Positions 1 through 14,800 are shown, counted from the stretch's first letter. The stretch is DNA of 64,000 nucleotides from the human T2T-CHM13v2.0 reference genome, Homo sapiens (GCF_009914755.1 NC_060943.1), one strand, 5' to 3'. Notes: a model not told the origin generated them from the letters alone. Made by a program: numbers and translations.

Positions 1-2125
1 TATTCTGAAATATGTTTTCCAAATTAGTTCCAGTCTCCCCAGCTCTTTCAGGTACACCAATCAGTTATAGATTTGGTCTCTTTACATAATCCCATTTTTC
101 TCAGACCTCTGCTTGGTCTATTCTGCTATTAATACTTGTGATTGCATTATGAAATTATTTTATTGTGTTTTTCAGCTCTACCAGGTTGATTAGGTACTTC
201 TCTATCCTAGCTACTTTGTTTGTCAGCTCCTGCAATGTTTTATTATAATTTTTAGCTTTCTTGCATTGAGTTAGAACATCCTCCTTTAGCTCAGTGAAGT
301 TCATTTATATCCACATTCTGCGGTCTACTTCTGTTATTTCAGCCATGTCAGCCTCAGCCCCATTCTGAACCCTTGCTGAAGAAGTAATATGGTTATTTGG
401 AGAAGGGAGGGCACTCTGGCTTCTTGAGTTTTTAGTATTCTTGTGCTGATTCTTTCTTACCTTTGTGTGCCTATCTACCTTTAATCTTTGAGGTTGCTGA
501 CCTATGAATGGGAGTTTTTGTTTGTTTGTTTGTTTGTTTGTTTTTAACTATTTGGCCATTCTTTGTAGAGCTGCTGCAGTTAGTTGGGCATCTGCCCCAG
601 TTCCTAGTTCTTGGATTTTTCAGTATCTGGAGGTATCACCACTGAAGGCTGTGAAACAGCAAATATAGCAGCCCACTCTTTCCCTTGGGAGCTCCATCCC
701 CAGGGGAGGTGCAGACATGTTGCTGGCCCAAACACATCTGGAGGAGGCGACTGGAGATCCCAGTTAGAAGGTCTCGCCCAGCTAGGAGGAACAGAATTGG
801 GGACCCACTTAAAGAAGCAGTTTAGCCCCACTTTAATAGAGCAGCCATGCTGTGCTGGGGTACCATTTTTGCCCCTCATCAGGGTGGGCTCTCCCAAGCC
901 TGGAGGCTGAAACAGCTACATTGCAAAACAGCAAAGATGTTGGCCCAACCCTCTCTCTAGGAACTATGCCCCAAAATGTTTTCAAACCTCTGTTGCCCAG
1001 AGAACATCAGTGGGAGTAGCTGGAGGCTCTGGTTGGGAATTATCTCTCAGAGATGAGGAGCATATCATAGTCCCGCTTAAAGAAGCAGTCTAGTCACATT
1101 ATGGTAGAGCCACTGTGCTATGCTGGGAGATTCCTTCTGTCCCTTGATGATTTGGTCTCTCCTAAGCCCACAGGCTAGAATGGCTGAGTTGTCCAAACAC
1201 CAAATACGGTGTCCCACTCCTTCCACTAGGCACTGCATCCCAGAGAGAAATCAAATCCCTGTCTGCCAGAGAATATGGGAGGGGCCGGCTGGAGTCCCTG
1301 ATAGGAGGCCCCACCCTGAGACAAAAAATGTGTCAGGGTTCCACTTAAAGAAGCAGTCTGGCCACATTTTGGTAGAGCCACTGTGCTTTGCTGGAGGTTT
1401 CTTTCCATAGGCTGTCAGTTTTGTTTGGACTTTCCTAAACCCACAGGCTGGAATGACTGAGTCATCCAAACAGCAAATATGGCAGCCTGCCCCTGCCTCC
1501 AGGAACTCTGACCCATCCCAGGTAGATGCAATGCCATTGCTGGGGAGTGGCTGGAATTCAAAGCCAGTGGGTCTTATCCTGTGAAGCTCTATGAAAGTGG
1601 GGTCCACAGACTGATGCTGCTCAGCCCCATGGATTCAGCTTTCTTCCTAGGGGTGTTTACAGAGGTCCAAATTCTTGCATTTTCTGAGTAGCTTTCACCT
1701 TTGCCAGAGATCCCGGAGCCAGAGTATCTAAGGCTCCTGAGATTCTGTTTGTGCCTGAGTAGTTGCTCTGCCAAGACCATGCAGCTCTGTGTGTCAGACC
1801 AAAAGCCCTGGTGGAATGGGTTCAAGAGAAAATCTCCTGACCCAAGGATGGCAAAGATCCATGGAAGAAGTGTGGTTTTCCAGGATCACACAGTCACTCA
1901 TCACTTCCCTGGGCAGGGTAGTTTCCCTTGGCTCTGTGTCATTCATGAGTGGTCAGTGGCCCTGTCCTGCTTTCCTCCATTCTCCATGGGTTGAGCTGTT
2001 TCCTTCATGAGTCCCAAGGCAAATACTTGGGTGTTTCAGTTGAAGATGCTGCATTTACTCTCTTCTTGTTCCTTTCCATGAGAGCCACACATCGTAGCTG
2101 CTTCTAATCAGGTATCTCAGCATCC
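1..2125 (-). mobile_element. Old primate LINE-1 (L1PA13-16/L1PB-like): 5'UTR and partial, internally deleted ORF1; runs off the left edge
   Basis: Antisense L1 ORF1 signature (tttccaaattagttcca...ctttcaggtacaccaatcag...tttggtctctttacataatccca) at 1-105, then L1 5'UTR-type sequence ending near 2120; (GTTT)n at ~515-545. Confidence 0.8.
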
Positions 2126-2599
2126 TTCTCTGCTACAATATTTTGGTAGATGGTTTTTATGCTGTAGGCTGTCTCATGGCCCAAGATGGCTGTAGGAGCA
2201 CCAGCCTGCACCAACCACCATGTGCATTTCAAAGAGCAAAGGAGGAGAAAAGGTGCAAAGTCAAAGTGACTCACACAGCTGTGTTAGCTTCAACTAAGGA
2301 GTCTCCCCAAAGTTCCATCAATACTTCTGCTTACACCCAAATGTCCTGAACGTCCTCTAGTCATTGTCAGCTTCAATAGGGGTCAAGAACTATAGTTTTT
2401 GTGTCTGGTAACTTGCTGTTTGAATGAAACAGAATCTCTCTTTTTAAGAATGAAAGAAAAATAAAAACTGTGGCAATGACCAGTGCTCTTTTGCTACACT
2501 AAATTCAAAGATAAAGAGAAGAAGATGGAGTTATTCTCAGGTGAAGTGGGCACTTATTTTCCAAACAAAGCCTCTTTTACTGTTTATTTATTTTCAGAT

Positions 2600-3068
2600 T
2601 AGATGGGAAAAAGTCTTCATTCTGACAAGCACTCCCTTTATGACCAAAGGTTAGTCAAGCTTAACTGAACCTTCTTTTTGACTAAGCCAACCTTGACTTA
2701 CTACCCTACTCCTGGTTTGAGAAGCTCATTTTCAGAAATCCTGCTAAGATTGCTTAGTAAGAATCCACATATTCTTTACAGCTTCTGAAAACTTAATTCC
2801 CCTTCCTTGATATTTAAGTCGTTAGCCTGCCTGTAGCCATAATCCTGTTGGAAAACAATCTCTCTTCTTTTGGTATTTTATCAAATTTCTCTCAGTAATT
2901 TTTTATCCACTGATCTATTCTTTCTATTGACTATAAATCCTGAGTTGTCTGTGTTCAGAGTTGTGATCAATTTTTGAATCCTATTAAAATGGCCATAACA
3001 TCTACTGCAATAGTATTAAAGTCTTTCTTTCCAATTTTTAACAAATGTCAGAATTAATTTATTTGACA
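2600..3068 (+). mobile_element. Probable ERV1 solo LTR (MER31/MER67-like)
   Basis: 3' end 'caatagtattaaagtctttctttccaatttttaacaaatgtcagaattaatttatttgaca' resembles recalled MER31/MER67 termini; 5' boundary approximate. Confidence 0.45.
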
Positions 3069-3335
3069 GTTGCCCAATAGGATGTTTGAGTATAAAACCA
3101 GTTTTCAGTTCCAAGAAAAATGATGTGGATAATATGTAGTTGTATCTGCAAGTGTATCTGAAAAATTATCTTCTTTTTCAAGTGGGGTGTGGGTGAAAGA
3201 TTATGGAGCCAACATGTTCCTAAAATGCTGAGTCATAATTCAAACCATACAAATCAAAGAGGTAGAATGCTTGGACCCCAACATTTTTAACCTTGAGGAT
3301 ACTTTGATGCCCATGCTCAAAAGTATTGTGAAACT

Positions 3336-3629
3336 GGCGGGGTGCGGAGGCTCATGCCTGTAATCCCAGCACTTTGGGAGGCCAAGGTGGGTGGATTACC
3401 TGAGGTTGAGAGTTCGAGACCAGCCTGACCAACAATGGAGAAACTCTGTCTCTACTAAAAATACAAAGTTAGCCAGGCTTGGTGATACATGCCTGTAATC
3501 CTAGCTACTTGGGAGGCTAAGGCAAGAGAATCAGTTGAACTTGGTGGATGGAGGTTGTGGTGAGCTGAGATTGTGCCATTGCAGTCCAGCCTGGGCAACA
3601 GAGTGAGACTCTGTCTCAAAAAAAAAAAA
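3336..3629 (+). mobile_element. Alu (AluS-like)
   Basis: Complete dimeric Alu with A-rich linker and poly(A) tail. Confidence 0.95.
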
Positions 3630-4149
3630 GTATTTTTTTGTTGCTCCTATGTGTGAGCAAGAAATTTACTAAAATCACAACTGTCATTCAATGCCAAGTC
3701 AAAAATGTTTCTTTTCATTCCGATTAATATAGAAACAGAGATAAACTAGCTTTAAAGGCACTAACCAAAATTGAAAATGCTGACTAATTCCATTTAAAGC
3801 TTACATCTTTTCAGGAACTGTTTATTTTTGAACATGTGACATTGGAACACAATTTTGTAATTGGTTTGGTTGACTGAAGAAGTGACTTCTTGAATTGGGG
3901 TAGAAAAGCCAAGGTCTGTAAATTGAAGATAGACTGCAATATTGAAAGCAAATTTCAGATTCCTTTGCACACTTTAACTTGAAGGTTAACAGATATAATA
4001 TATGTAGATAAACACATACAAACACATACAATATATAAATATATCTATGTAATGTCCATTTATGAGTATGTCTTATAAAAAAAAAGGTAAGTCAGAGATC
4101 ATTTCCCTACTTATTCTTCTCAGGGGAGGTGAATACAAGCAACCCACTT

Positions 4150-4525
4150 ACTCAGCCCTGATTATTTCAATCAGCCAATTAGCTCAGCCCAGTGTATTCC
4201 AATTAGCCAATTAATTTGGTCTAGGTAATTCTGATCAGCCAATTAGCTCAGATCAGGTAAATCCAATCAGTCAGTTACCTCATTCTAGGTGATTTCAATC
4301 AGCCAATTAGGTCAGCACTTTTGATTTCAATCAGTCAATTAACTCAAATCAGGTCATTACAGTCAATTAACCAATCCCAGGAGATTAAAATCAGCCAATT
4401 AGTTTAGCCCAGGTGACTCCAGTCAGCCGATATTTGAGCCCAGATGATTTTAACTGGCCAATAAGCTCAGCCCAGCTGATTTCAATGTCAGTTAGCTCAG
4501 CCCAGGTGGATTCAATCAGCCAGTT
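4150..4525 (+). repeat. ~12 copies of a 32-bp unit, consensus GATTTCAATCAGCCAATTAGCTCAGCCCAGGT
   Basis: CCAAT or variant core at 4175, 4207, 4239, 4271, 4303, 4335, 4363, 4395, 4427, 4458. Confidence 0.9.
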
Positions 4526-5593
4526 CTCTAAATTTCAACTGTAGATTAATCAAGACTGGCCCCCAGTGGTGCATGAGAATAGCTCATGCATACACTGAGA
4601 AGGAAAGCAAGGTCCAGAAATGTTAACCTGCACAGAAAGTGTTACATGACTTTACTATCAGCTTATTTCCCAAACCTTGCCCCTGAAAGTGAAGCTTTGT
4701 CTATACAAAAAACATTCTATACCTATGTTCCATTCTGACATGCTACTGAGCCAGAGAAGAGAAATAATTCTACATCTGCACCCTTAGAATATGCTAAGAT
4801 ACTGAAAAATGTCTTTGGAGGAACAATTTTTGTGTACATATTTACATAGAAATACTCATATAATCTTGTATATGTATCAATCTTTGTATATACATTCATA
4901 CAGAACAAAGATGTAGAAGGTGGAAGAATTAATAGGTACTGGTACCAATAGTAATGCAAATAGAAACTAGGATCTCACACATGGATCAAGTCAATTGTTG
5001 AGACTACGACTCATCTATTTGGATCCAACACACAGGTGTTGACTCTCATACCTAGAACCCGGACCTGTGTGAGATTGTTAATCTCATTATTGGACCTTCC
5101 TGCAGGTGTGATTGTGATATATGCACCTTCACAGAACCTTCATGATTTGACACATCTGCCTGGGCCCAGCCCAGATGGAATTGTGACATATCACTGGACT
5201 CAGCCCCTAGGTGATATTACCCTATTCTTCTGCTTTAGCGCTGCTCACAGGGGAATTGTAACGTATCACCGGGCCTTATATCCAGGTGATGTGAATCTTC
5301 TGCTTTGTCGCTGCCCACAGGGGGCATTTCAACATATAACTGAGCCCTACACCCAAATATGTGACTCCCTTGTCTGTGTCTGGCCCATATCAGCCATTGT
5401 GACATGTTGCTTGGTCTAACACCCGAGTTATATAACTCTTGTGCCCTGGCCCTGCCTACAGAGAGCATTGTGAGATATCTCTGTGTCCACCAGAGAGGTG
5501 ATGTGACTCTCTTCTCTTCGCTGTTCCCTTCTCAAATGGGTGACTATGACATATCACTGGGCCAAGTGCCTAGCTTATGTGACTTTTCCTTTC

Positions 5594-5887
5594 TTTATTT
5601 TTTTTTCTTTTGAGATGGAGTCTTGCTGTGTCACCCACACTGGAGTGCAGTGGCGTGATCTTTGCTTACTGCAGCCTCTGCCTCAAAGGTTCAGGTGACT
5701 CTCCTGCCTCAGCCTCCTGAGTAGCTAGAATTACAGGTGCCTGCCACCACACCCAGCCAATTTTTGTATTTTTAGTAGAGAAAGCGTTTTGCCATGTTGG
5801 CCAGGCTGGTCTTGAACTCCTGACCTCAGGTGATCTGCCCACCTTGACCTCCCAAAGTGTTGGGATTACAGGCCACCGTGTCCGGCC
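5594..5887 (-). mobile_element. AluS inserted in beta satellite
   Basis: Poly(T) followed by antisense Alu ending ...gtgtccggcc; imperfect TSD acttttcc. Confidence 0.95.
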
Positions 5888-8800
5888 AACTTTTTCCTTC
5901 TTTACACGTTCTGCCCACAAAGAAAAGTGTAACATATTGCTGCACTCAACACAAAGATTATGTTACTCTTTTTTGGTTCTGCTCTCAAAACGTATTGTGA
6001 TGTATTCCTTGTCCTACCTCTATTGTGATGTGAGTCCCCTGCCTGGTCCCTGTCCACAAGGGGCAATGTGATATATCTCTGGGCCCATCAACCACTTGAT
6101 GTGACTCTGCTCTCTTACCCGAGCATTGCCCAAAAAAGAGATTGGGGCCTATCTGCGAATCCAGAGCTTAGGTGATATGACCCTTCTCTCCTGCCTGGGC
6201 CATACCTAAAACAGAGAGAGTGACGTATTGCTTAGTCCAGCATACATGTTGTGTGACACTTCTTCCTGACCTCTGCCCAAACAAGTAACAGTGACTAACT
6301 CAGGTTTTGTTACCTAAATGATGTGATTCTCTTTTTCTGGGGACCTGTCCACAGTGAAGGTTGTGACAAATTGCTTGGTCCAGCACCTATGTGATGTGAC
6401 TCTACTCTCATGCCTGGGACCTGTCCACTGGGTGATTGTAACATACAGCTGAGCTCAGCTTCTAGATTATGTGACTCTCTCCTTTTTCCTGAGTTCTACC
6501 CACAGGGGGTACTGTGAGATATCTCTGGGCCCCTCACCTAAGTGATGTGGCTCTCTTGCCTGTACCCTCCCCTCAGCAGGTATGGTGACACATTGCTGGA
6601 CCCAGCACCAAGGTGATGTAACTCTCCTCTACTACTTCGGCTGTGCCCAAAAAAGGATTGTATAGCTGGGCTCAACAAATGAGTGAAGTTACTATTGTCT
6701 CATGCCTCAGCTCTGTATACACTGTATATTGTGACATATTTCTGGGTCCAACACCTAGGTGATGTGACTCTCCCGCATGGGTCCTGCCCACAAAACTATT
6801 ATAATATGTATTTTCATTCATCACCTAGGTGATGTAACTTTTCTTTCTGCCTGGGTCTTGCCAAAATAGAAAATTGTGATATATCATTGGATCCAGAACC
6901 CAGGTGATGTGCCTCTCGTTTTTTTTGCCTGGGCCCTGCATAATTTGGGTATTGTGACATATCATTGGGCTCAACCCCTAGCAGGTGGAAGGCTTCAGTC
7001 TGGACCCTGCCCACAGAAGACCTTGTGACATGTCTCTGCATCCATCACATGACTCTCGTCTTCTGCCTGCATCATACCCACAGGAAAGATTATAACATAT
7101 CACTAGGTTAAGAAACCAACTAATGTGTTTTGACTGCCTGAGTCTTTCATACAGGGGGCATTTTGACATATCTCTGGCAACACCTACTATCTGATATTAC
7201 TCCTCTTTTTTACCTGGGTTTTGCCCATGTAAAAGATTGTGACATATCTCTTGACCCAGCGCTTAGGTAATGTGACTCTGCTCTTCTGCCTGGGCCATGT
7301 CCACAGAAATGAGAGTGACTTATCACTAGGGCCAGCACACAAGTGATGTGATTCTTCTGCCTGGTCTCTGCCTAAAGAGGTCATTGTGACATGTCTCTGG
7401 GCCTATCATCATGGGGATTATGACATATCACTTTGCCCAGCATCTATGTGCTTTGACAGCCTTCTCTTTAATGGACCTGCCCACTAGGGTGATTTGTGTC
7501 ATGGAGCAGAGCCCACCTTCTAGGTTATGGGACTTTATTCTTTTTTGTGAATACCCAAAAATGGAATATCTCTGACATTCTCACCAAGGTGACTCTCTTT
7601 TCCTGGGCCCTCTTCTTAGGGGCATTTGTGACATATTGCTATACCCAGAACCTAGGTAATGTGACTCTTTTTTACTGCTTGGGCTTTGCCCAAGAAGTGC
7701 TTGAGATGTATTGCTGGGCCTAGCACCTAAGTAATGGTGACTCTCCTCTCCTTCCAAAATACTGCAGACATTGTGATATATTGCTGAGTCCAACACCTAG
7801 AAGGTGCAACTTTTCTGCAGAAGCACTGCCCAAAGGAGAATAATGACATATCTTTTCATTCATCATCTAGATGATGTGACTCTTCTCTTCTGTCTGGGCC
7901 CTGCCAAAAAAAAAAAAAAAAAGGTTATTGTAACATATCAATGGATTGAGCACCTAGGTAATGTAACTCTTCTCATTTCCCTGGGCCCTGCATATGTTGA
8001 ATATCATGACCTAATGCTGGTCCCAACTTATACTGTATGAGAGACTCCTGCCTGGGCGATGACCACCAGAGGCCTTGTGACATATCTTTGCACCCATCAC
8101 CTAATAGATGTGACTCTCTTCCTCTGCGTTCATGCTGCTTATAGAAAAGATTGCTACATATGGTGGAACCCACGAACCAGGTGATGTGTCTTTCATGCCT
8201 GGGTATTACCCAAAGGTAACAGTGTGACATATCATTGAGCCCTGAATCAGGGTGATGTGCTGCTGTTGTCTGTGCCCTGCTTTTAGTGTGGAATTGTAAC
8301 ATATCCCTGGCTGAGAACCCAGGTGATGTGTCTCTTTTTTCTGGTCCCTTCTTTCAGAAAAGTTTGTCACATATCTCTGGCCCAGAACTTAGGTGATGTG
8401 ACTCTTCTGTTTGCTCCCTACACACAGGTAGGATTTTGACATATATATTGGCTCAGTGCACAGGTGCAATAATGACTCTAATATTTTGAACTGGCTAAGA
8501 GGACAAATACTGTCTGTCATAGCTAGGTGTAGAAAAATGGGTAAGATCCTGGGTTTCCTTTCTGTATGGAGGTTATAAAAGGTTACCACTCTCTCGCATA
8601 TTGTATAAAGCCCTTGGGTGGTAGAGAGAGTGTCATCACAAGGCCCAGCGTGCAGATGAGATTGTGTTTCTTGTGTGCTCATCCTGACAACCATTAGGAT
8701 TGTCACCCTCACACATGGATGAAGCCCACTGGTGAGGTACTTAATCTCACACATGGATGCAGTCCACAGTTAAAATTGTGACATTCATTTGTGAATTTCT

Positions 8801-11800
8801 GTCCAGAGTTGTGATGGTGACTCATTTCTAAACCCAGCTCTGGCAGGTGAGGACTCTCCTATCTGGACCCAGCCAATCAGAAAGATGTCGACTGTCATAC
8901 CTGGGCTTAAAGCTACAGACACTATCATGAGTCCATAACAGCACAAAGGATTTAGAGGAAGTTGTGACTCCCATGCATACCATATAAAGCCCTTGGGTGA
9001 TAACAGAACATGTCTTAACATGGCCCTGAACAAAGGTAAGATTGTGACACTCTTACACACACACAGCAAAGAGTAAAGATGATCATCCTTTCACAGCCCA
9101 CTGTTGAGCTTCTGAATCTCATACCTGGAGACAGTCAAAAGTTGGAAAATTGACTCTCATGAGTGGATCTGGTCCACAGGTTGACTGCTGTCTCTCAGAT
9201 CAAAATCTAGCACACCTGTGAGACTGTGATTCTAATAAGGGAACACAGTACACAGAAAAAATTGAGGCTCTCATGAGTGGATTCAGTCCATTGTAGAGAT
9301 TGTGGCTCATGTATATAGAAGCAACATACAGGAAGCATTGACTCTCATACCTAGAATTTGGACCTTTGTGGAATTTTTAATCTCATCCTTGGACCTTCTT
9401 GCACGTGTGACATGTGCCTCTTCCCAGCACCCAAGTGATTTGACTCTCCTTATGTGGGCCCAGCCCACAGAAGGGATTATGACATATCACTGAACCCAGT
9501 AGCTAGGTGATGTGACTCTACTCTTTCCTTGACAATGTCCACAGGGGCATTGTGACATACTGGTAGGCCTTGCCCCCCAGGTGATGTGAGTCTCATGTTC
9601 TGCCTTGGTGATGTCTACAGGAAGCATTGTGACATATCGCTGGACTCAACACCAAGGTGATGTCACTTTTTTGCCTTAGCTCTGCCTTCAAAAGGCACTA
9701 TTACAAATTACTTGGACTATTACCAAGGTGAGTTGAGTTTCTTGCTTGGACCGTCCCCACAGTAGGCATTGTGACATATCACCTGGAAAATGTGACTCTT
9801 CACCTCTGCCTACACCCTGACCACAGAAAGAATTTTGACATATCACTGGATCCAGAAACCAGATGATGTGTTTCTTTTGCCAGGACCTGGGTCATAGAAA
9901 ATATTGTGACTTATCTGTGGGTCTCTTACCTAGGTGATGTGACTCACTCTCTTGCCTGGGGCCTTCACTCAGAGGGTATTGTGACATATTGCTGGACCAA
10001 GCATTTAGGTGATGTGACTTTCTCAACATCTTGGACTCTGACCAATAAGGAATTTGTATGTGTTGATGTGCGCTGCATCCAGGTGATGTGACTCTCCTCT
10101 CCTGCCTGGGCCCTGCACATATTGTGTGTTGTGACATGTTGCATGTTATCACACCTAGGTGATGCTACTTTCTCGCATAAGTCCTGCTCACAGAGGCATT
10201 ACGATATATTTTTTATGTCTATTTCCTACGTGATGTGTCTCTCCTCTTCTGCCGGTCTTGCCAAAAGTGGGGATTGTGACATATTACTGGACACAGATTC
10301 TAGGTAACATGACACTCCTCTTTTGTCTGGGCCCTGGATATTTAGGGTATTGTGACGTATTTTTGCACTAAACATCTAGAAAATAAAAGGCTCCTGCCTG
10401 GGCCTTGCCCACAGGAGGCCTGTGACATATCTCTACATCTATCATTTAGGAAATGTGACTCTCCTCTTTGGCCTGCACCCTGTGCACAGGGGAGATGGTG
10501 ACACATCACTGAGCCTGCTCAGCAGGTGATATAACTCTCTTTTCCTGCCTGGCCCCCACGTATATTGTGTATTGTGAAATGTGGCTGGGTCCAACACCTA
10601 GGTGACGTGACTCTCCTGCATGGGTCCTGCCCACAAGGTTATTATGGTGTGTCTTTTGTTCATCACTAGGTATTTCAAATTTTGTCTTCTGCCTAGGCCA
10701 TGCCAAAAAAAAAAAAAAAAAGTACTGTGACACATCACTGGAGCCAGCAGTAGGTAATGTGCCTTTGCTGATTGGGTCTAGCCACAGAAGACTTTGTGAC
10801 ATATCGTTAGGCCCAGCAACCAGGTGAAGACACTCTGCTGCCTTAGTCCTGCTTTCAGGAGGGGATTATACCATATCCCTGGCTGAAAACACAGGTACTG
10901 TGACTCTCTTGCTGGTCCCTACTCTCAGGAAAAATTATGACATAACCCTAGCCCAGCAACAACGTGATATGACTCTCCTGCCTGGTCACTGCCCTCAGAG
11001 ACGGTTGCAAATATCTCTGGCACAGCACCCAGATGGTGTGATTCTCCTGCTCACTCCCTCCTTACCCAATTGTGGGACTGTCATATATATCTTAGTTCAG
11101 TTTACAGGTGTCACAATGACTCTCATAACTTGAGCCAGCCAATATGAAAGATACTATCTCTCTTAGCTGGGCTTAGGAAAATGGGTCAAATCTAGGTCTC
11201 ATTTTTGTATGAAGGTCATAGAGAATTAACCACTGTCTCGCATTTCATAGAAAGTCCTTGGGTGATACAGAGAGTGTCAACACAGAGTCCAAGACACAGG
11301 TGAGGTTTTGTTTCTCATCATTTTCTCACTTGAACAAAGCCCATTATTGAGGTCCTGAATCTTATAGGTGGACACAGTCTAGAGTTGAGATTGTGACTAT
11401 CATACATAAACATGTAAGCACAGTTGGGATGATGACTCATTTTAAGGTCAGCTCATAGGAAGGTGAACATTCTTCATTCTGGACTCAGCTAATTGGAGAG
11501 ATGTTGACTCTCATACTTGGGCTTAAGGCCACAGGTACAATCATGATTCATACCAGCACAAATGTCTCAGAGCAGATTGAGAATCTCATGCATCAGGTAT
11601 AAAGCCCTAGGGTGATACATAGGTGAGATTGTGAGACTCACCAAGTCGACAGAAAAGATTGTCATCTTCCCACATGAACACAGCCCATTGTTAAGGCTCT
11701 GGATTTCACAACCAAAAGCAGTCAAATGTTGGAAAATTGACTCTTATATGTGAATCTGGTCCACAGGTAGGCAGGTGATTCTAAGACCAATATTCAGCAC

Positions 11801-14800
11801 ACCTGTGAAGCTGTAACTTCACCCAGATAAAACAGCACACAGGAAAGATTGTGCCTCTCATGCACAGATCCAGTTTATTGTTGAGATGAACTCATGTACT
11901 TAGACCCAACATATATGAGGTGTTAACTCACATACTTAGAAACAGGACATGGCTGGATTGTAAATATCATTCTATGACTTTCCTACAGGTGTAAATGTGA
12001 TATATGCCTCTGGCCAGCACCTGAGTGATTTGACCTACAGTCTGGGACCAGCCCACATACAGGATTGTGACTTATTTTTGGACCCAGCACCTAGGTGATG
12101 TGACTCTATTATCCTGCCTTGGTGCTGCCCACAGGGCACATTGTTGGAACTCACTTCTCCTGCCTGGTTCCTGCTCACAGGGGGGATTGTGACCTGTGAC
12201 TAACCCAGCACCTAGCTGATGTGACTCCTCTTCTTTTTATGTTCTTCCCTCAGGGGAGACTGTGATGTATCAGTGGGCCCGGAAGCCAGGTGATGTGTCT
12301 CTCCTTCATGTTCCTTGCTAACAGAGAACATTGTAATTTACTGCTGGGCTTGGCATCCAGGTGAGGTGACTTTGCTGCCCGTGTCCTGCTTTCAGGAGGG
12401 GATTGTAACATTTATCTCTGGCCCAGGTGAGATTGTGACACTCTTATGCACACAAAACTCATAGTAAAGATTTTCATTCTTGCCCATGAATTCAGTTTAC
12501 TGCTTAGGTTCTGAATCTCACATTAGGAGGAAGTTAAAAGTTGGATAATTGACTCTCATACATGGATGTAATTCACAGGTGGGTTGGTGAATCTCAGACT
12601 ATGATTCCATGAATAAGACACAGTCCACAGAAGGGATTGAAGTTCTCATGCACAAATTCAGTCCACTGTTAATATTGTGAATTTTGTACTTAGACCCAAC
12701 ATACAAGAGGTGTTTGCTCTCATAGCCAGAACAGGGACACGTGTAGGATCTTTAATCTTATCCTTGAACCTACCTGCAGCTCTGATTATCACATACACTT
12801 CTGCCAAGTACCTGAGTGAGAATGTCACAATACAGGCAAATACCCTAGGTGTAGGTCCATGAATGTCACATGGAATTGTGACATATATTCCTGCCCCTAG
12901 CACCTAGGGTGTATGTTTTTTATTCTTTTGTCTTGGCATTGCCCACATTGCATCTTGTGACATATTCCTAGGTCTAAAACCCAGGTGATGTGAGTCTCCT
13001 GCCTAGATTCTGCGAACAGGGGGAATTGTGACATATTTCTGGACCCATTATCTATTTGATGTTATTCTCCTCTCTTACTTGGTATTTGCCAACAGGTGAC
13101 ATTGTGACACATCTCTGGGCCCACCTAGGTAATGTGACTCTTCTTTTCTTCCTGGGCTCTGATCACAGAAGGGAGGGTAACTTGTCCCTGGATGCAGCCC
13201 ACAGGAGATGTGATTGTTCTTGCTGGTTCCTGTCCATAAAGACAAGAGATACACACATTGTGATGTATCTCTGCGACCATAAACTAGATTATGTGACTCT
13301 CCTTTATTTCCAGAGACCTGTCCACAGTGCGAGTTGTGACATATCACTTGGCACAGCATCTGTGTTATGTGACTCTCCTCTCATGCCTGGGCCCTGCTCA
13401 CTGAGGTTGTAACTGCAGCTGGCCCCAGCCCCTAGGTTATTTTTCTCTTTTCTTCATCCTGAGGCTTACCCACAGAAGGCATGTTTACATATTTTTGGAA
13501 CCCTCCCCAGATGACGTAACTCTTCTTCCTGGGCTCTTTTTTCAGGGTGTATTGTGCCATATTTTTGGGTCCAGCAGCAAGGATTACCTCTACTGCTTGG
13601 GCTTTGCCCTAAAAGAGATTGCAATTTATTGCTGGGCACAGCACCTAGGTGATGTGACTGTCCTCTCCTTTCTGGGCTCTGCATATATTCTGTATTGCAA
13701 AATATGCAGCACCTATGTGGTGTGACTCTTCTCTCATGTTTGAACTCTTTTCACTGGAGTGATTGTGACATATACGTCAGCCCACCTATTAGGTTATGCA
13801 ACTTCCCTCTTCATTCTGATCTTTACCCACACAGAAAATTGTGACATATTTCTAGGCCTCTCACCTAGATGATGTTATCGTTTTACATGGGCCCTCCTCT
13901 CAGGGGTCAGGTATTGCTGGACCTAAAGCAGGTGGTGTAACTCTCTTTGACTGCTTAGCCTTTGTTCAAGGAAAAATTGTAATGTTTCAATGGATTCAAG
14001 ACCTAAATGGTGTGACTATCATCTCTTGCCTGAGGTATTGTGACATATGGCTGGGTCCAACACCTAGGTGATGTGACTCTCTTGCATGGGCCCTGCCAAC
14101 AGAAGGCATTATGACATATCTCTGGGCACACCAATTATTTGATGTGACTCTGCTGTTTTACCTGGACTCTGCCCATAGAAGAGATAGTGACGTATCTCTG
14201 GGCCAAGCAGCTAGGTGTTGTGACTCTTCTCTTTTGCTTGTGTCAGGCCCACAGAAGGGATAATGAATTACCACTAGGCCCAGCACACAAGCAATGTCAT
14301 TCCTCTGCCTGGTTATTGTCCACAAGGGCCACTGCAACATATCTTTGGGCCCATGACCTGACCTAGGTGATGTGATTCTCGTTTTCTTTCTTGGACCTGT
14401 CCACAGTGGAAATTGTGACATATTGCCTGGTGCAGCACCTACATAATATTACTCTCCACTTTTGTCTGAGCCCTGCCCATGGGTGTGATTGTGGCAGATA
14501 AGTGAGCACTGACTCTATGTTATATGAGGCCTCTCTTTTTTTCTAGCCCTACCTACCAGAGACATTGCTACATATTTCTTGTCCCCTCACCAAGGTCATG
14601 TGACACTTCTGTCTAGGCCTTTCTCTCAGGAAGTATTGTAGGAAATTTTTGTACCCAGAACCTAAGTAATGTGACTCTTCTCTACTTCTTGGGCTCTGCT
14701 CAAGGAGGCATTGTGTGTATCCCTGGATGCAGCACCTAGGGGATGTTACTCTCCTCTCCTGCCTTTGCCCAACATACATTGTGTATTGTAATAAATGGCT

